Source: Eimeria praecox (Eukaryota). From it: a DNA stretch of 64,000 nt. The notes under the pieces are model-generated. The model saw nothing but the letters and a program-made list of their open reading frames with translations, ran no database searches and was not told where the DNA came from. Made by a program: the position numbers and the translations under genes. Positions 29,101-41,500 of the stretch are shown here, one piece after another. The DNA lies in assembly GCA_963920595.1 (NCBI GenBank), contig OY986946.1:4774001-4838000 (forward strand). Direction: 5' to 3'. Numbering within the stretch: position 1 is the first letter of the stretch; every line of letters begins with the position of its first letter.

Positions 29101-32100
29101 TGCGTGCGAAATCCTTCCCCTCCACAGCCATAAAGCAAGTCAGAACACACATTGTCAATATAACATCCAGCATCCGAAGCTCCTCCATCATCACACCCTA
29201 TCTCCCCCACATCGCCAATCGCGCAAACAGATGTCTCGCCGCACACACATACCCACGCCGCTAAATGCCATCCAGCCACGCCCACATACCCAATTGCCTG
29301 CCACTAAACATGCAACGCGTGCACAGCGATTAAGCCTGTCCGACATCCTTATTACCAGCATTCAACGCACTTCCTCCTATACACAACCACCGACTCAACA
29401 ACTCCTCCGTCATAACAACGAGCTGTCCACTGCAACCGAGCCTGCCCCCACGCTAGACTCCTGCGTCATGTTGCTCCAGCACACAGGCACAATGCCGCAG
29501 ATTCAACGCACGGCCTTCTGGAGACAGCCATCACCCAAATATTTGGCGCCCCCGAATGCCAGAAACGTTCAATGAAACGCAACATGCCTCCCACCCAGAC
29601 CTGTCAAACCATACACTGCAGCACATTCACACTGTCCTAACACCCTGCCTCATCCACTTGCTTCTTGACGCAGTTCCTCGGCAGTTGACCTCAGGTTCCA
29701 CACACACTCGAACACCGCATCTCATCCTGCACATCACCTCTCCACCCTTCACACAACACACCACCTACCCCAACCTAGCACCCGCTGCGACCGAAACGCT
29801 TCCCCTCCACAGCCATAAAGCAAGTCAGAACACACATTGTCAATATAACATCCAGCATTCGAAGCTCCTCCATCGTCACACCCTACCTCCCCCACTCCGC
29901 CAATCGCGCAAACAGATGTCTTGCCGCACACACATACCAACGCCGCTAAATGCCATCCAGCCACGCAAACATACCCAACTACCTGCCACTAAACATGCAA
30001 CGCGTGCACAGCGATTACGCCTATCCACCATCCTTACTGCCAGCATTCAACGCACTTCCTCCTATACACAACCACCGACTCAACAACTCCTCCGTCATAA
30101 CAACGATTTGACTACTGCAACCGAGCCTGCCTCCACGCGAGACTCCTGCGCCATGTTGCTCTAGCACACAGGCACAATGCCGCAGATTCAGCAATCAGCT
30201 TTCTGGAGACAGCGATCACCCAAACATTGCCGCCCCCAAATGCCAGAAAGGTTCAATGAAACGCAACATGCCTCCCACCCAGACCTGTCAAACCATACAC
30301 TGCAGCACATTCACACTGTCCTAACACCCTGCCTCATCCACTTGCTTTTTGACGCAGTTCCTCTGCAGTTGACCTCAGGTTCCACACACACTCGAACACC
30401 GCATCTCACCCTGCATATCACCTCTCCACCCTTCACACAACACACCACCTACCCCAACCTAGCATCTGCTGCGTGCGAAATGCTACCCCTCCGCAGCCAT
30501 AAAGCAAGTCAGAACACACATTGTCAATATAACATCCAGCATCCGAAGCTCCTCCATCATCACACCCTACCTCCCCCACTTCGCCAATCGCGCAAACAGA
30601 TGTCTTGCCGCACACACATACCCAGGCCGCTAAATGCCATTCAACCACGCCCACATACCTAAAGGCCTGCCACTAAACATGCAACGCGTGCAAAGCAATT
30701 ACGCCTGTCCACAATCTTTATTACGAGCATTTAACGCACTTCCTCCTATACACAACTACCGACTCAACAACTCCTCCGTCCTAAAAACGAGCTGTCCACT
30801 GCAACCGAGCCTGCCTCCACGCGAGACTCCTGCGTCATGTTGCTCCAGCACACAGGCACAATGCCGCAAATTCAGCAATCTGCTTTCTGGAGACAGCCAT
30901 CACCCAAACATTGGCGCCCCCAAATGCCAGAAACTTTGCATGAAACGCAACATGCCTCCCACCCAGACCTGTCAAACCATACACTGCAGCACATTCACAC
31001 TGTCCTAGCACCCTGCCCCATCCACTTGCTTCTTGGAGCCGTTCGTCTGCGGTTGACCTCAGGCTCCACACACACTCGAACACCGCATCTCACCCTGCAC
31101 ATCACCTCTCCACCCTCCACACAACACACCACCTACCCCAACCTAGCACCCGCTGCGACCGAAACGCTTCCCCTCCACAGCCATAAAGCAAGTCAGAACA
31201 CACATTGTCAATATAACATCCAGCATCAGAAGCTCCTCCATCGTCACACCCTACCTCCCCCACATCGCCAATCGCACAAACAGATGTCTTGCCGCACACA
31301 CATACCCACGCCGCTAAATGCCATTCAACCACGCCCACACACCTAAAGGCCTGCCACTAAACATGCAAAGCGTGCACAGCGATTACGCCTATCCACCATC
31401 CTTACTGCCAGCATTCAACGCACTTCCTCCTATACACAACCACCGACTCAACAACTCCTCCGTCATAACAACGATTTGACTACTGCAACCGAGCCTGCCT
31501 CCACGCGAGACTCCTGCGCCATGTTGCTCTAGCACACAGGCACAATGCCGCAGATTCAGCAATCAGCTTTCTGGAGACAGCGATCACCCAAACATTGCCG
31601 CCCCCAAATGCCAGAAAGGTTCAATGAAACGCAACATGCCTCCCACCCAGACCTGTCAAACCATACACTGCAGCACATTCACACTGTCCTAACACCCTGC
31701 CTCATCCACTTGCTTCTTGACGCAGTTCCTCTGCAGTTGACCTCAGGTTCCACACACACTCGAACACCGCATCTCACCCTGCATATCACCTCTCCACCCT
31801 TCACACAACACACCACCTACCCCAACCTAGCATCTGCTGCGTGCGAAATGCTACCCCTCCACAGCCATTAAGCAAGCCAGAACACACATTGTCAATATAA
31901 CATCCAGCATCAGAAGCTCCTCCATCATCACACCCTATCTCCCCCACATCGCCAATCGCGCAAACAGATGTCTTGCCGCACACACATACCCAGGCCGCTA
32001 AATGCCATTCAACCACGCCCACATACCTAAAGGCCTGCCACTAAACATGCAACGCGTGCACGACGATTACGCCTGTCCGACATCCTTATTACCAGCATTC

Positions 32101-35100
32101 AACGCACTTCCTCCTATACACAACCACCGACTCAACAACTCCTCCGTCATAACAACGATTTGACTACTGCAACCGAGCCTGCCTCCACGCGAGACTCCTG
32201 CGTCATGTTGCTCCAGCACACAGGCACAATGCCGCAAATTCAGCAATCTGCTTTCTGGAGACAGCCATCACCCAAACATTGGCGCCCCCAAATGCCAGAA
32301 ACTTTGCATGAAACGCAACATGCCTCCCACCCAGACCTGTCAAACCATACACTGCAGCACATTCACACTGTCCTAACACCCTGCCCCATCCACTTGCTTC
32401 TTGGAGCCGTTCGTCTGCGGTTGACCTCAGGCTCCACACACACTCGAACACCGCATCGCACCCTGCACATCACCTCTCCACCCTCCACACAACACACCGC
32501 CTACCCCAACCTAGCACCCGCTGCGACCGAAACGCTTCCCCTCCACAGCCATAAAGCAAGTCAGAACACACATTGTCAATATAACATCCAGCATCCGAAG
32601 CTCCTCCATCGTCACACCCTACCTCCCCCACATCGTCAATCTCGCAAGCAGATGTCTCGCCGCACACACATACCCACGCCGCTAAATGCCATCCAGCCAC
32701 GCAAACATACCCAACTACCTGCCACTAAACATGCAACGCGTGCACAGCGATTACGCCTATCCACCATCCTTACTGCAAGCATTCAACGCACTTCCTCCTA
32801 TACACAACCACCGACTCAACAACTCCTCCGTCATAACAACGAGCTGTCCACTGCAACCGACCCTGCCTCCACGCTAGACTCCTGCGCCATGTTGCTCCAG
32901 CACACAGGCACAATGCCGCAGATTCAGCAATCATCCTTCCGGAGACAGGGATCACCCGAATATTTGGCGCCCCCAAATGCCAGAAACGTTCAATGAAACG
33001 CAACATGCCTCCCACCCAGACCTGTCAAACCATACACTGCAGCACATTCACACTGTCCTAACACCCTGCCCCATCCACTTGCTTCTTGACGCAGTTCCTC
33101 TGCAGTTGACCTCAGGCTCCACACACACTCGAACACCGCATCTCACCCTGCACATCACCTCTCCACCCTTCACACAACACACCACCTACCCCAACCTAGC
33201 ACCCGCTGCGACCGAAACGCTTCCCCTCCACAGCCATTAAGCAAGTCAGAACACACATTGTCAATATAACATCCAGCATCCGAAGCTCCTCCATCATCAC
33301 ACCCTACCTCCCCCACATCGCCAATCGCGCAAACAGATGTCTTGCCGCACACACATACCCACGCCGCTAAATGCCATTCAACCACGCCCACATACCCAAT
33401 TGCCTGCCACTAAACATGCAAAGCGTGCACAGCGATTACGCCTATCCACCATCCTTACTGCCAGCATTCAACGCACTTCCTCCTATACACAACCACCGAC
33501 TCAACAACTCCTCCGTCATAACAAAGAGTTGACTACTGCAACCGAGCCTGCCTCCACGCGAGACTCCTGCGTCATGTTGCTCCAGCACACAGGCACAATG
33601 TCGCAGATTCAACGCACGGCCTTCTGGAGACAGCCATCACCCGAATATTTGGCGCCCCCAAATGCCAGAAACTTTGCATGAAACGCAACATGCCTCCCAC
33701 CCAGACCTGTCAAACCATACACTGCAGCACATTCACACTGTCCTAACACCCTGCTCCATCCACTTGCTTCTTGACGCAGTTCCTCTGCAGTTGACCTCAG
33801 GCTCCACACACACTCGAACACCGCATCGCACCCTGCACATCACCTCTCCACCCTTCACACAACACACCACCTACCCCAACCTAGCATCTGCTGCGTGCGA
33901 AATGCTACCCCTCCACAGCCATTAAGCAAGCCAGAACACACATTGTCAATATAACATCCAGCATTCGAAGCTCCTCCATCATCACACCCTACCTCCCCCA
34001 CTTCGCCAATCGCGCAAACAGACGTCTTGCCGCACACACATACCCACGCCGCTAAATGCCATTCAACCACGCAAACATACCCAACTGCCTGCCACTAAAC
34101 ATGCAACGCGTGCAAAGCGATTACGCCTGTCCACAATCTTTATTACGAGCATTTAACGCACTTCCTCCTATACACAACCACCGACTCAACAACTCCTCCG
34201 TCATAACAACGATTTGACTACTGCAACCGAGCCTGCCTCCACGCGAGACTCCTGCGTCATGTTGCTCCAGCACACAGGCACAATGCCGCAAATTCAGCAA
34301 CCTGCTTTCTGGAGACAGCCATCACCCAAACATTCGCGCCCTCAAATGCCAGGAACTTTGCATGAAACGCAACATGCCTCCCACCCATACATGTCAATCC
34401 TTACACTACAGCACATTCACACTGTACTAACACCCTGCCCCATCCACTTGTTTCTTGATACAGTTCCTCTGCAGTTGGCCTCAGGCTCCACACACACTCA
34501 AACACCGCATCTCACCCTGCACATCACCCCTCCACCCTCCCCAACCTAGGATCTGCTGCGTGCGAAGTGCTTCCCCTTCACAACCATAAAGCAAGTCAGA
34601 ACACACATTGTCAATATAACATCCAGCATTCGAAGCTCCTCCATCATCACACCCTATCTCCCCCACTTCGCCAATCGCGCAAACAGATGTCTCGCCGCAC
34701 ACACATACCCACGCCGCTAAATGCCATCCAGCCACGCCGACATACCCAACTGCCTGCCACTAAACATGCAAAGCGTGCACGGCGATTACGCCTGTCCGAC
34801 ATCCTTGTTACCAGCATTCAACGCACTTCCTCCTATACACAACCACCGACTCAACAACTCCTCCGTCATAAGAATGAGCTGGCCACTGCAACCGACCCTG
34901 CCTCCACGCTAGACTCCTGCGTCATGTTGCTTCAGCACACAGGCACAATGCCGCAGATTCAACGCACAGCCTTCTGGAGACAGCCATCACCCAAATATTT
35001 GGCGCCCCCAAATGCCAGAAACGTTCAATGAAACGCAACATGCCTCCCACCCAGACCTGTCAAACCATACACTGCAGCACATTCACACTGTCCTAACACC

Positions 35101-37821
35101 CTGCCCCATTCACGTGGCTCTTGAAGCCGTTCGTCTGCGGTTGACCTCAGGCTCCACACACACTCGAACACCGCATCTCATCCGGCACATCACCTCTCCA
35201 CCCTTCACACAACACACCACCTACCCCAACCTAGCACCCGCTGCGACCGAAATGCTTCCCCTCCACAACCATAAAGCAAGTCAGAACACGCATTGTCAAT
35301 ATAACATCCAGCATCCGAAGCTCCTCCATCGCCACACCCTACCTCCCCCACATCGCCAATCGCGCAAACAGATGTCTTGCCGCACACACATACCCACGCC
35401 GCTAAATGCCATCCAGCCACGCAAACATACCCAACTACCTGCCACTAAACATGCAAAGCGTGCACAGCGATTACGCCTGTCCTCCATCCTTATTACCAGC
35501 ATTCAACACCCTTCCTCCTATACACAGCGATCGACTCAACAACTCCTCCGTCATAACAACGAGCTGTCCACTGCAACCGAGCCTGCCTCCACGCTAGACT
35601 CCTGCGTCATGTTGCTCCAGCACACAGGCACAATGCCGCAGATTCAACGCACGGCCTTCTGGAGACAGCCATCACCCGAATATTTGGCGCCCCCAAATGC
35701 CAGAAACGTTCAATGAAACGCAACATGCCTCCCACCCAGACCTGTCAAACCATACACTGCAGCACATTCACACTGTCCTAACACCCTGCCCCATTCACGT
35801 GGCTCTTGAAGCCGTTCGTCTGCGGTTGACCTCAGGCTCCACACACACTCGAACACCGCATCTCATCCTGCACATCACCTCTCCACCCTTCACACAACAC
35901 ACCACCTACCCCAGCCTAGGATCTGCTGCGTGCGAAATCCTTCCCCTCCACAACCATAAAGCAAGTCAGAACACACCTTGTCAATATAACATCCAGCATT
36001 CGAAGCTCCTCCATCGTCACACCCTATCTCCCCCACATCGCCAATCGCGCAAACAGATGTCTCGCCGCACACACATACCCACGCCGCTAAATGCCATCCA
36101 GCCACGCAAACATACCCAACTACCTGCCACTAAACATGCAACGCGTGCACAGCGATTACGCCTATCCACCATCCTTACTGCCAGCATTCAACGCACTTCC
36201 TCCTATACACAACCACCGACTCAACAACTCCTCCGTCATAACAACGAGCTGTCCACTGCAACCGACCCTGCCTCCACGCTAGACTCCTGCGCCATGTTGC
36301 TCCAGCACACAGGCACAATGCCGCAGATTCAGCAATCATCTTTCCGGAGACAGCGATCACCCGAATATTTGGCGCCACCAAATGCCAGAAACGTTCAATG
36401 AAACGCAACATGCCTCCCACCCAGACCTGTCAAACCATACACTGCAGCACATTCACACTGTCCTAACAACCTGCCCCATCCACTTGCTTCTTGACGCAGT
36501 TCCTCTGCAGTTGACCTCAGGCTCCACACACACTCGAACACCGCATCTCCGCCTGCACATCACCTCTCCACCCTTCACACAACACACCACCTACCCCAAC
36601 CTAGCATCTGCTGCGTGTGAAATGCTACCCCTCCACAGCCATTAAGCAATCCAGAACACACATTGTCAATATAACATCCAGCATCCGAAGCTCCTCCATC
36701 ATCACACCCTACCTCCCCCACTTTGCCAATCGCACAAACAGATGTCTCGCCGCACACACATACCCAGGCCGCTAAATGCCATCCAGCCACGCAAACATAC
36801 CCAACTACCTGCCACTAAACATGCAACGCGTGCACAGCGATTACGCCTGTCCACCATCCTTACTGCAAGCATTCAACGCACTTCCTCCTATACACAACCA
36901 CCGACTCAACAACTCCTCCGTCATAACAAAGAGTTGACTACTGCAACCGAGCCTGCCTCCACGCTAGACTCCTGCGTCATGTTGCTCCAGCACACAGGCA
37001 CAATGCCGCAGATTCAGCAATCATCTTTCCGGAGACAGCCATCACCCAAATATTTGGCGCCACCAAATGCCAGAAACGTTCATTGAAACGCAACATGCCT
37101 CCCACCCAGACCTGTCAAACCATACACTGCAGCACATTCACACTGTCCTAACACCCTGCCCCATCCACTTGCTTCTTGACGCAGTTCCTCGGCAGTTGAC
37201 CTCAGGCTCCACACACACTCAAACACCGCATCTCATCCTTCACATCACCTCTCCACCCTTCACACAACACACCACCTACCCCAACCTAGCACCCGCTGCG
37301 ACCGAAACGCTTCCCCTCCACAGCCATTAAGCAAGTCAGAACACACATTGTCAATATAACATCCAGCATCCGAAGCTCCTCCATCGCCACACCCTACCTC
37401 CCCCACTTCGCCAATCGCGCAAACAGATGTCTCGCCGCACACACATACCCACGCCGCTAAATGCCATCCAACCACGCCCACACGCCCAACGGCCTGCCAC
37501 TAAACATGCAAAGCGTGCACAGCGATTAGACCTGTCCGCCATCCTTATTACCAGCATTCAACGCACTTCCTCCTATACACAACGATCGACTCAACAACTC
37601 CTCCGTCATAAGAATGAGCTGTCTACTGCAACCGAGCCTGCCTCCACGCTAGACTCCTGCGTCATGTCGCTCCAGCACACAGGCACAATGTCGCAGATTC
37701 AACGCACGATCTTCTGGAGACAGCCATCACCCAAACATTGGCGCCCCCAAATGCCAGAAACGTTCAATGAAACGCAGCATGCCTCCCACCCAGTGCTGTC
37801 AACGCCTGTACTGCAGCACAT

Positions 37822-37954
37822 GTGCCACACATCACGAGCAACACGATGCACGCCACAGTCAAGCATAAACACTACAGAAGTCTAGCACGCCCTACTGCCA
37901 AGCAAATAAACACAGCCTATTCCATCCACAGTGCCTACTAAGTATTACACTCGC
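37822..37954. other. ~132-bp insertion interrupting the terminal monomer
   Basis: Consensus ctgcagcacat-t-cacactgtccta is split by non-satellite sequence. GCCACAC occurs at both ends (37,824-37,830 and 37,953-37,959). Confidence 0.75.
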
Positions 37955-38585
37955 CACACTGGCCTAACGCCCTGCCCCATCCACTTGGCACTTGAGGCCG
38001 TTCCTCCGCAGTTAGTCTTAGGCGTCACGGCCACACGAACGCCGCCTCGCATCCTACACCTCACATCTCCACCCTTAATGCAACACGCCACTAAGCCAAA
38101 CCTAGCACCTGCTGCGTGCGAAATGCTCTCCCAGGACAACTCTCGAGCAAGCCACAACAGACAATGTCAAAATAACATCTAGCATCAGAAGCTCCTCTAC
38201 CACCGCCCCCTAGCTGCCCCACTTCGCCAGTCGCACATCCCAGATGTTTTGCGCTCCAAATATATGCACGCCGCCCAAGGAGAACCGTGGAGCCCGCATA
38301 CCAACAACTTGTCATTCAACGCTCAAGATCACTATGTACCTTCGCATCCTTATTATCAGCACTCACGAAACGTCTTCGTATGGATTAGGAGCGCCTCAAT
38401 GGCTCATCCGCGAAAGCTACGCCTTTTCCTTTGCTGCCAAGCCTGCCCATGGTGGAGAAGAGCCATGTGGTCTATTGGTGGCGAGTATTGGCTTAGGGCC
38501 GCAGATTAAATCCACACGCTGGAGGCACCAATCGCTTAATCATCTGAGGCATGTTAGCGGCCGCAACTTTGCATGATATGCAAAT
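37955..38585 (+). repeat. Highly diverged terminal satellite monomer
   Basis: Colinear with the monomer: cctaacgccctgccccatccacttg, cctagcacctgctgcgtgcgaaatgct, catccttattatcagca, gcagatta, aactttgcatga. Confidence 0.9.
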
Positions 38586-38589
38586 GGAT

Positions 38590-41500
38590 CCGCCGCTTTG
38601 CGGCGTGCACCCAGTGGCGCATCGTCTGCCGTAAAGGACGCCAGTTTAGGTTCGGATGCACTCTCCTCTTGGGGGGTTCTCGGCCAAACTTACACTCGAG
38701 TGTCTGATGCTTCGCAAACGGCAGGCGCAGAAAGGGACTTGCGTTCCCTCCTCTCCTTCTTCAGCCACATGAGCACTGCAAACTACTCCTTTAGTTTGAA
38801 AGAGACGTGAAAGTATCGTCTGCACTAGAAAACTGTAAAGTGGTTTCTCAACGAACATGCCAGCACCACAACACCCCCAGCTAGTCAAAGCAGCACAAAT
38901 CTGCCAATGCTCCGGACAGCCTTCCTGCTTGTCGTCAACTGCCACAAATCATATTCGGGCACAAGTGAATGCGCACTTCCTGAGGTATCCAGACCGGCAG
39001 TCGTGCGCCACAAATCAAGGTGGAGGCACCGCCTGCAGGAAACTACCTAATGTTTCGTGAGATTGCCTTTCAGCAGTTGGCGCAACGTAGGCAACGATGC
39101 TTGAACAAGCCTGCTGACAGCCGGACCTGCGGTCTGCAAACCAAATTCACAACCAAGACATGATGTCCAATTCTGCAGCTACAAACTGTGTGTATTTAGT
39201 TGACAAACTGCGAAGGCGAATTGTAGCCTTTTCAAATTATTAACGCGGAGCAGCCTCCCAAAACACCAGCATTATGAAGCGGTGTTGTAGTTAGGAAGCC
39301 CTTAATATCGAGGCTGACAGCAAGCAGGATCAAAGGAAGGAAACGCCCCACACAGGCACTGTGACAGCTGCGCGAGGCGTACGTTAGGCCGCAAGCTCTT
39401 TCAGCAGCTGTGCGGACGCACTGCCTGCATTTTGGTTGATGCCACAATCGCTCGCAGCCTCTGGGGAAGTGGCGAAGCATCATATACGCCTTCCACATTA
39501 ACACTTAATTTGTGCCTTCACATTCACAGACAATGAACGGAAGTCAACATGGAGTAGCAATGCATACACAGAAATCCAAAAACGCTTCACCTATAGCTCT
39601 TTCTCGTTGGATGCTGCCTTGAGTAACAAGGGAAGCTCTTTGAAATTCCTTCTTTCCGGGCCACGCGGTTTCATCAGCTGCGTCCATTCCGCCGGCCGCA
39701 CGCAAAGTTTGTGGGCCACACAAATGCGTTGAAAGCACCGCTTAGGCGATTCATCCAAAGCGTCTCACCAACTGAACCCCCAGTACACGAGTTTAGGTCG
39801 GAACCTCCTCAGCTTCCCTTTCACCTACACTTCGCCCCTTTCCCCTTCCCGCATCCCGACGGTTGCACACCAGCATTCCCTTCCATACACACCAGGCGTA
39901 AGAAGCTCTGCAACGCCTGATGCAAGTGTGATGCGTGGCCCACTGCTACGCACTAGTGAACGCCTAGGCCAGCTGAAAGCCAGCAGTGGCCCCTATGTAT
40001 CCTATATAGGCTAAAGCTGCGACGCCGCTCCTGGATGGTGCGCTTGACGCTACAGGATGGAATTACATTGCTAGACTGCGCGCAACCACCAACGACTGAA
40101 CCCGCACAAACCTCTGACCCCAGCATCCTTCTAGGCCGGCTTGCAAGAAATATGGACAGCGCTAGACTAGCTCCCGCTGCCATGCTCATTCATCCCGTTC
40201 CACAAGTGTAGCGTACGAGCTGTTCGGAATGCCATGCCGCTAAATGCCCTCAAATCAAGATGCAGTACACTACCAAGTACTTCTGCGGAGTCCACAGTAG
40301 TGCGAATCAGCAGTCTTACACGCAACCGATAATTGTGCAGGACCACTGTTCAGTGCTCCACTGTCTTAACCTCAACCGACAACACTACAGGCCTTTTCGT
40401 CAGCGTCTAGCAAGGCTGAGCACGAAGAGGGGCACGTGGGAAACATTCTCAACCACACAGGACGCCACGCAGGCGGACAGGCCCGCCTGCAACAAGCCAC
40501 ACAACCGCGCATAGACTCCTGCTGTCTGTCCACAGGCACAGGCTCTCGTACGCCAAGTGAACATAACAGCTGCGTCAATGAGCAATGGCGATCGCTGTAG
40601 TATATTTTGAGACATTATGCGTAGGGAAAGAACAACAAAGCCTGCAATCAGGCCTGGCGGCACATGGAAAGTAGAGCAAAGTGCCTTGTAAATCCATTTA
40701 AGCCTGATCCTGGAGAGTAGAGGGCAGAGCGCAACGGGATGGATGGGGCGATGCTTTGCCACTCTTAGTGCGACGTGGACGCTCCATTTACTCACGAACG
40801 CGGGATTGTATCCGTGGCGCTGGCCAGAACTATAAAGCAAACCGCTCATCCTGGAGCGTCACCAGCGCACCATCGCTGTTTGTCACAGCTTCTGCTAGGC
40901 CGTTTCACGATCGCCAGGTGCCAGTCAGTCGAGCAAAAGGTAGCTGGCACAGTCACTCCATGTGCATACAATCAATGCAGCAGCAACCTTACTGCCTGGT
41001 TGGTATGCATGCAAGAAAAATGGCTCAGCATTTCCACTGAAGACGCTGTCAATGCGCCTTTCGCCCTTGTGGACTGCACTGCACTGCTACTACAGTTCAT
41101 CTGGGGCGAAATGTGTGAAATGCAAATGGACTGCAGCCAGCAGAAAACGCTTAAACGGGAATATTATTGGTTGAAGGCCAATGTCGTGCGCTGCTGCCGA
41201 GTGCAACCGGACGTAGCAGGTACTAGTAGCCGCTTGCATCGGCACATAACGCAATTACACCAAAGAATAAGGCTGCTACTTTTGCTACCGCAGGGTTGAT
41301 GCCAAGCCTCATGCACATACGCGATACATTCGAAGTTCTCCCGAGGCAGAAATAGGCACAAATAGCCTAAGAAATCCATTTTTGGCTGCTATGCGTCGTT
41401 ACCATAGGTGTGTGAAGATGCCAAAGCTGGAACCGCCGCTACAGTCTTACCGATGCTGCCCAGTAATGATAGCGATAGTGATGTGTAGAGGTGGCAATAG

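Larger units (their letters stand above)
1..37821 (+). repeat. 684-bp tandem satellite array, ~55 monomers, continues beyond the left window edge
   Basis: Landmarks recur every 684 bp (e.g. minus-strand 71-aa ORFs at 335, 1019, 1703 ... 25643). Period becomes 685 where a 1-bp insertion occurs and 665 at one 19-bp deletion (~34,540). + strand is C/A-rich and G/T-poor. Confidence 0.99.

Noticed and set aside
335..37557. Repeated 63-82 aa ORFs in other frames as a small-gene family
   Set aside because: Overlapping by-products of the repeat, several without ATG starts, with no recognisable domain.
1..37821. CRISPR array
   Set aside because: Whole 684-bp units repeat with no unique spacers, and no cas genes are present.
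1..37821. 5S rRNA, tRNA, snRNA or spliced-leader RNA tandem array
   Set aside because: No such conserved sequence or Pol III box/terminator arrangement recognised on either strand. An Rfam scan would be definitive.
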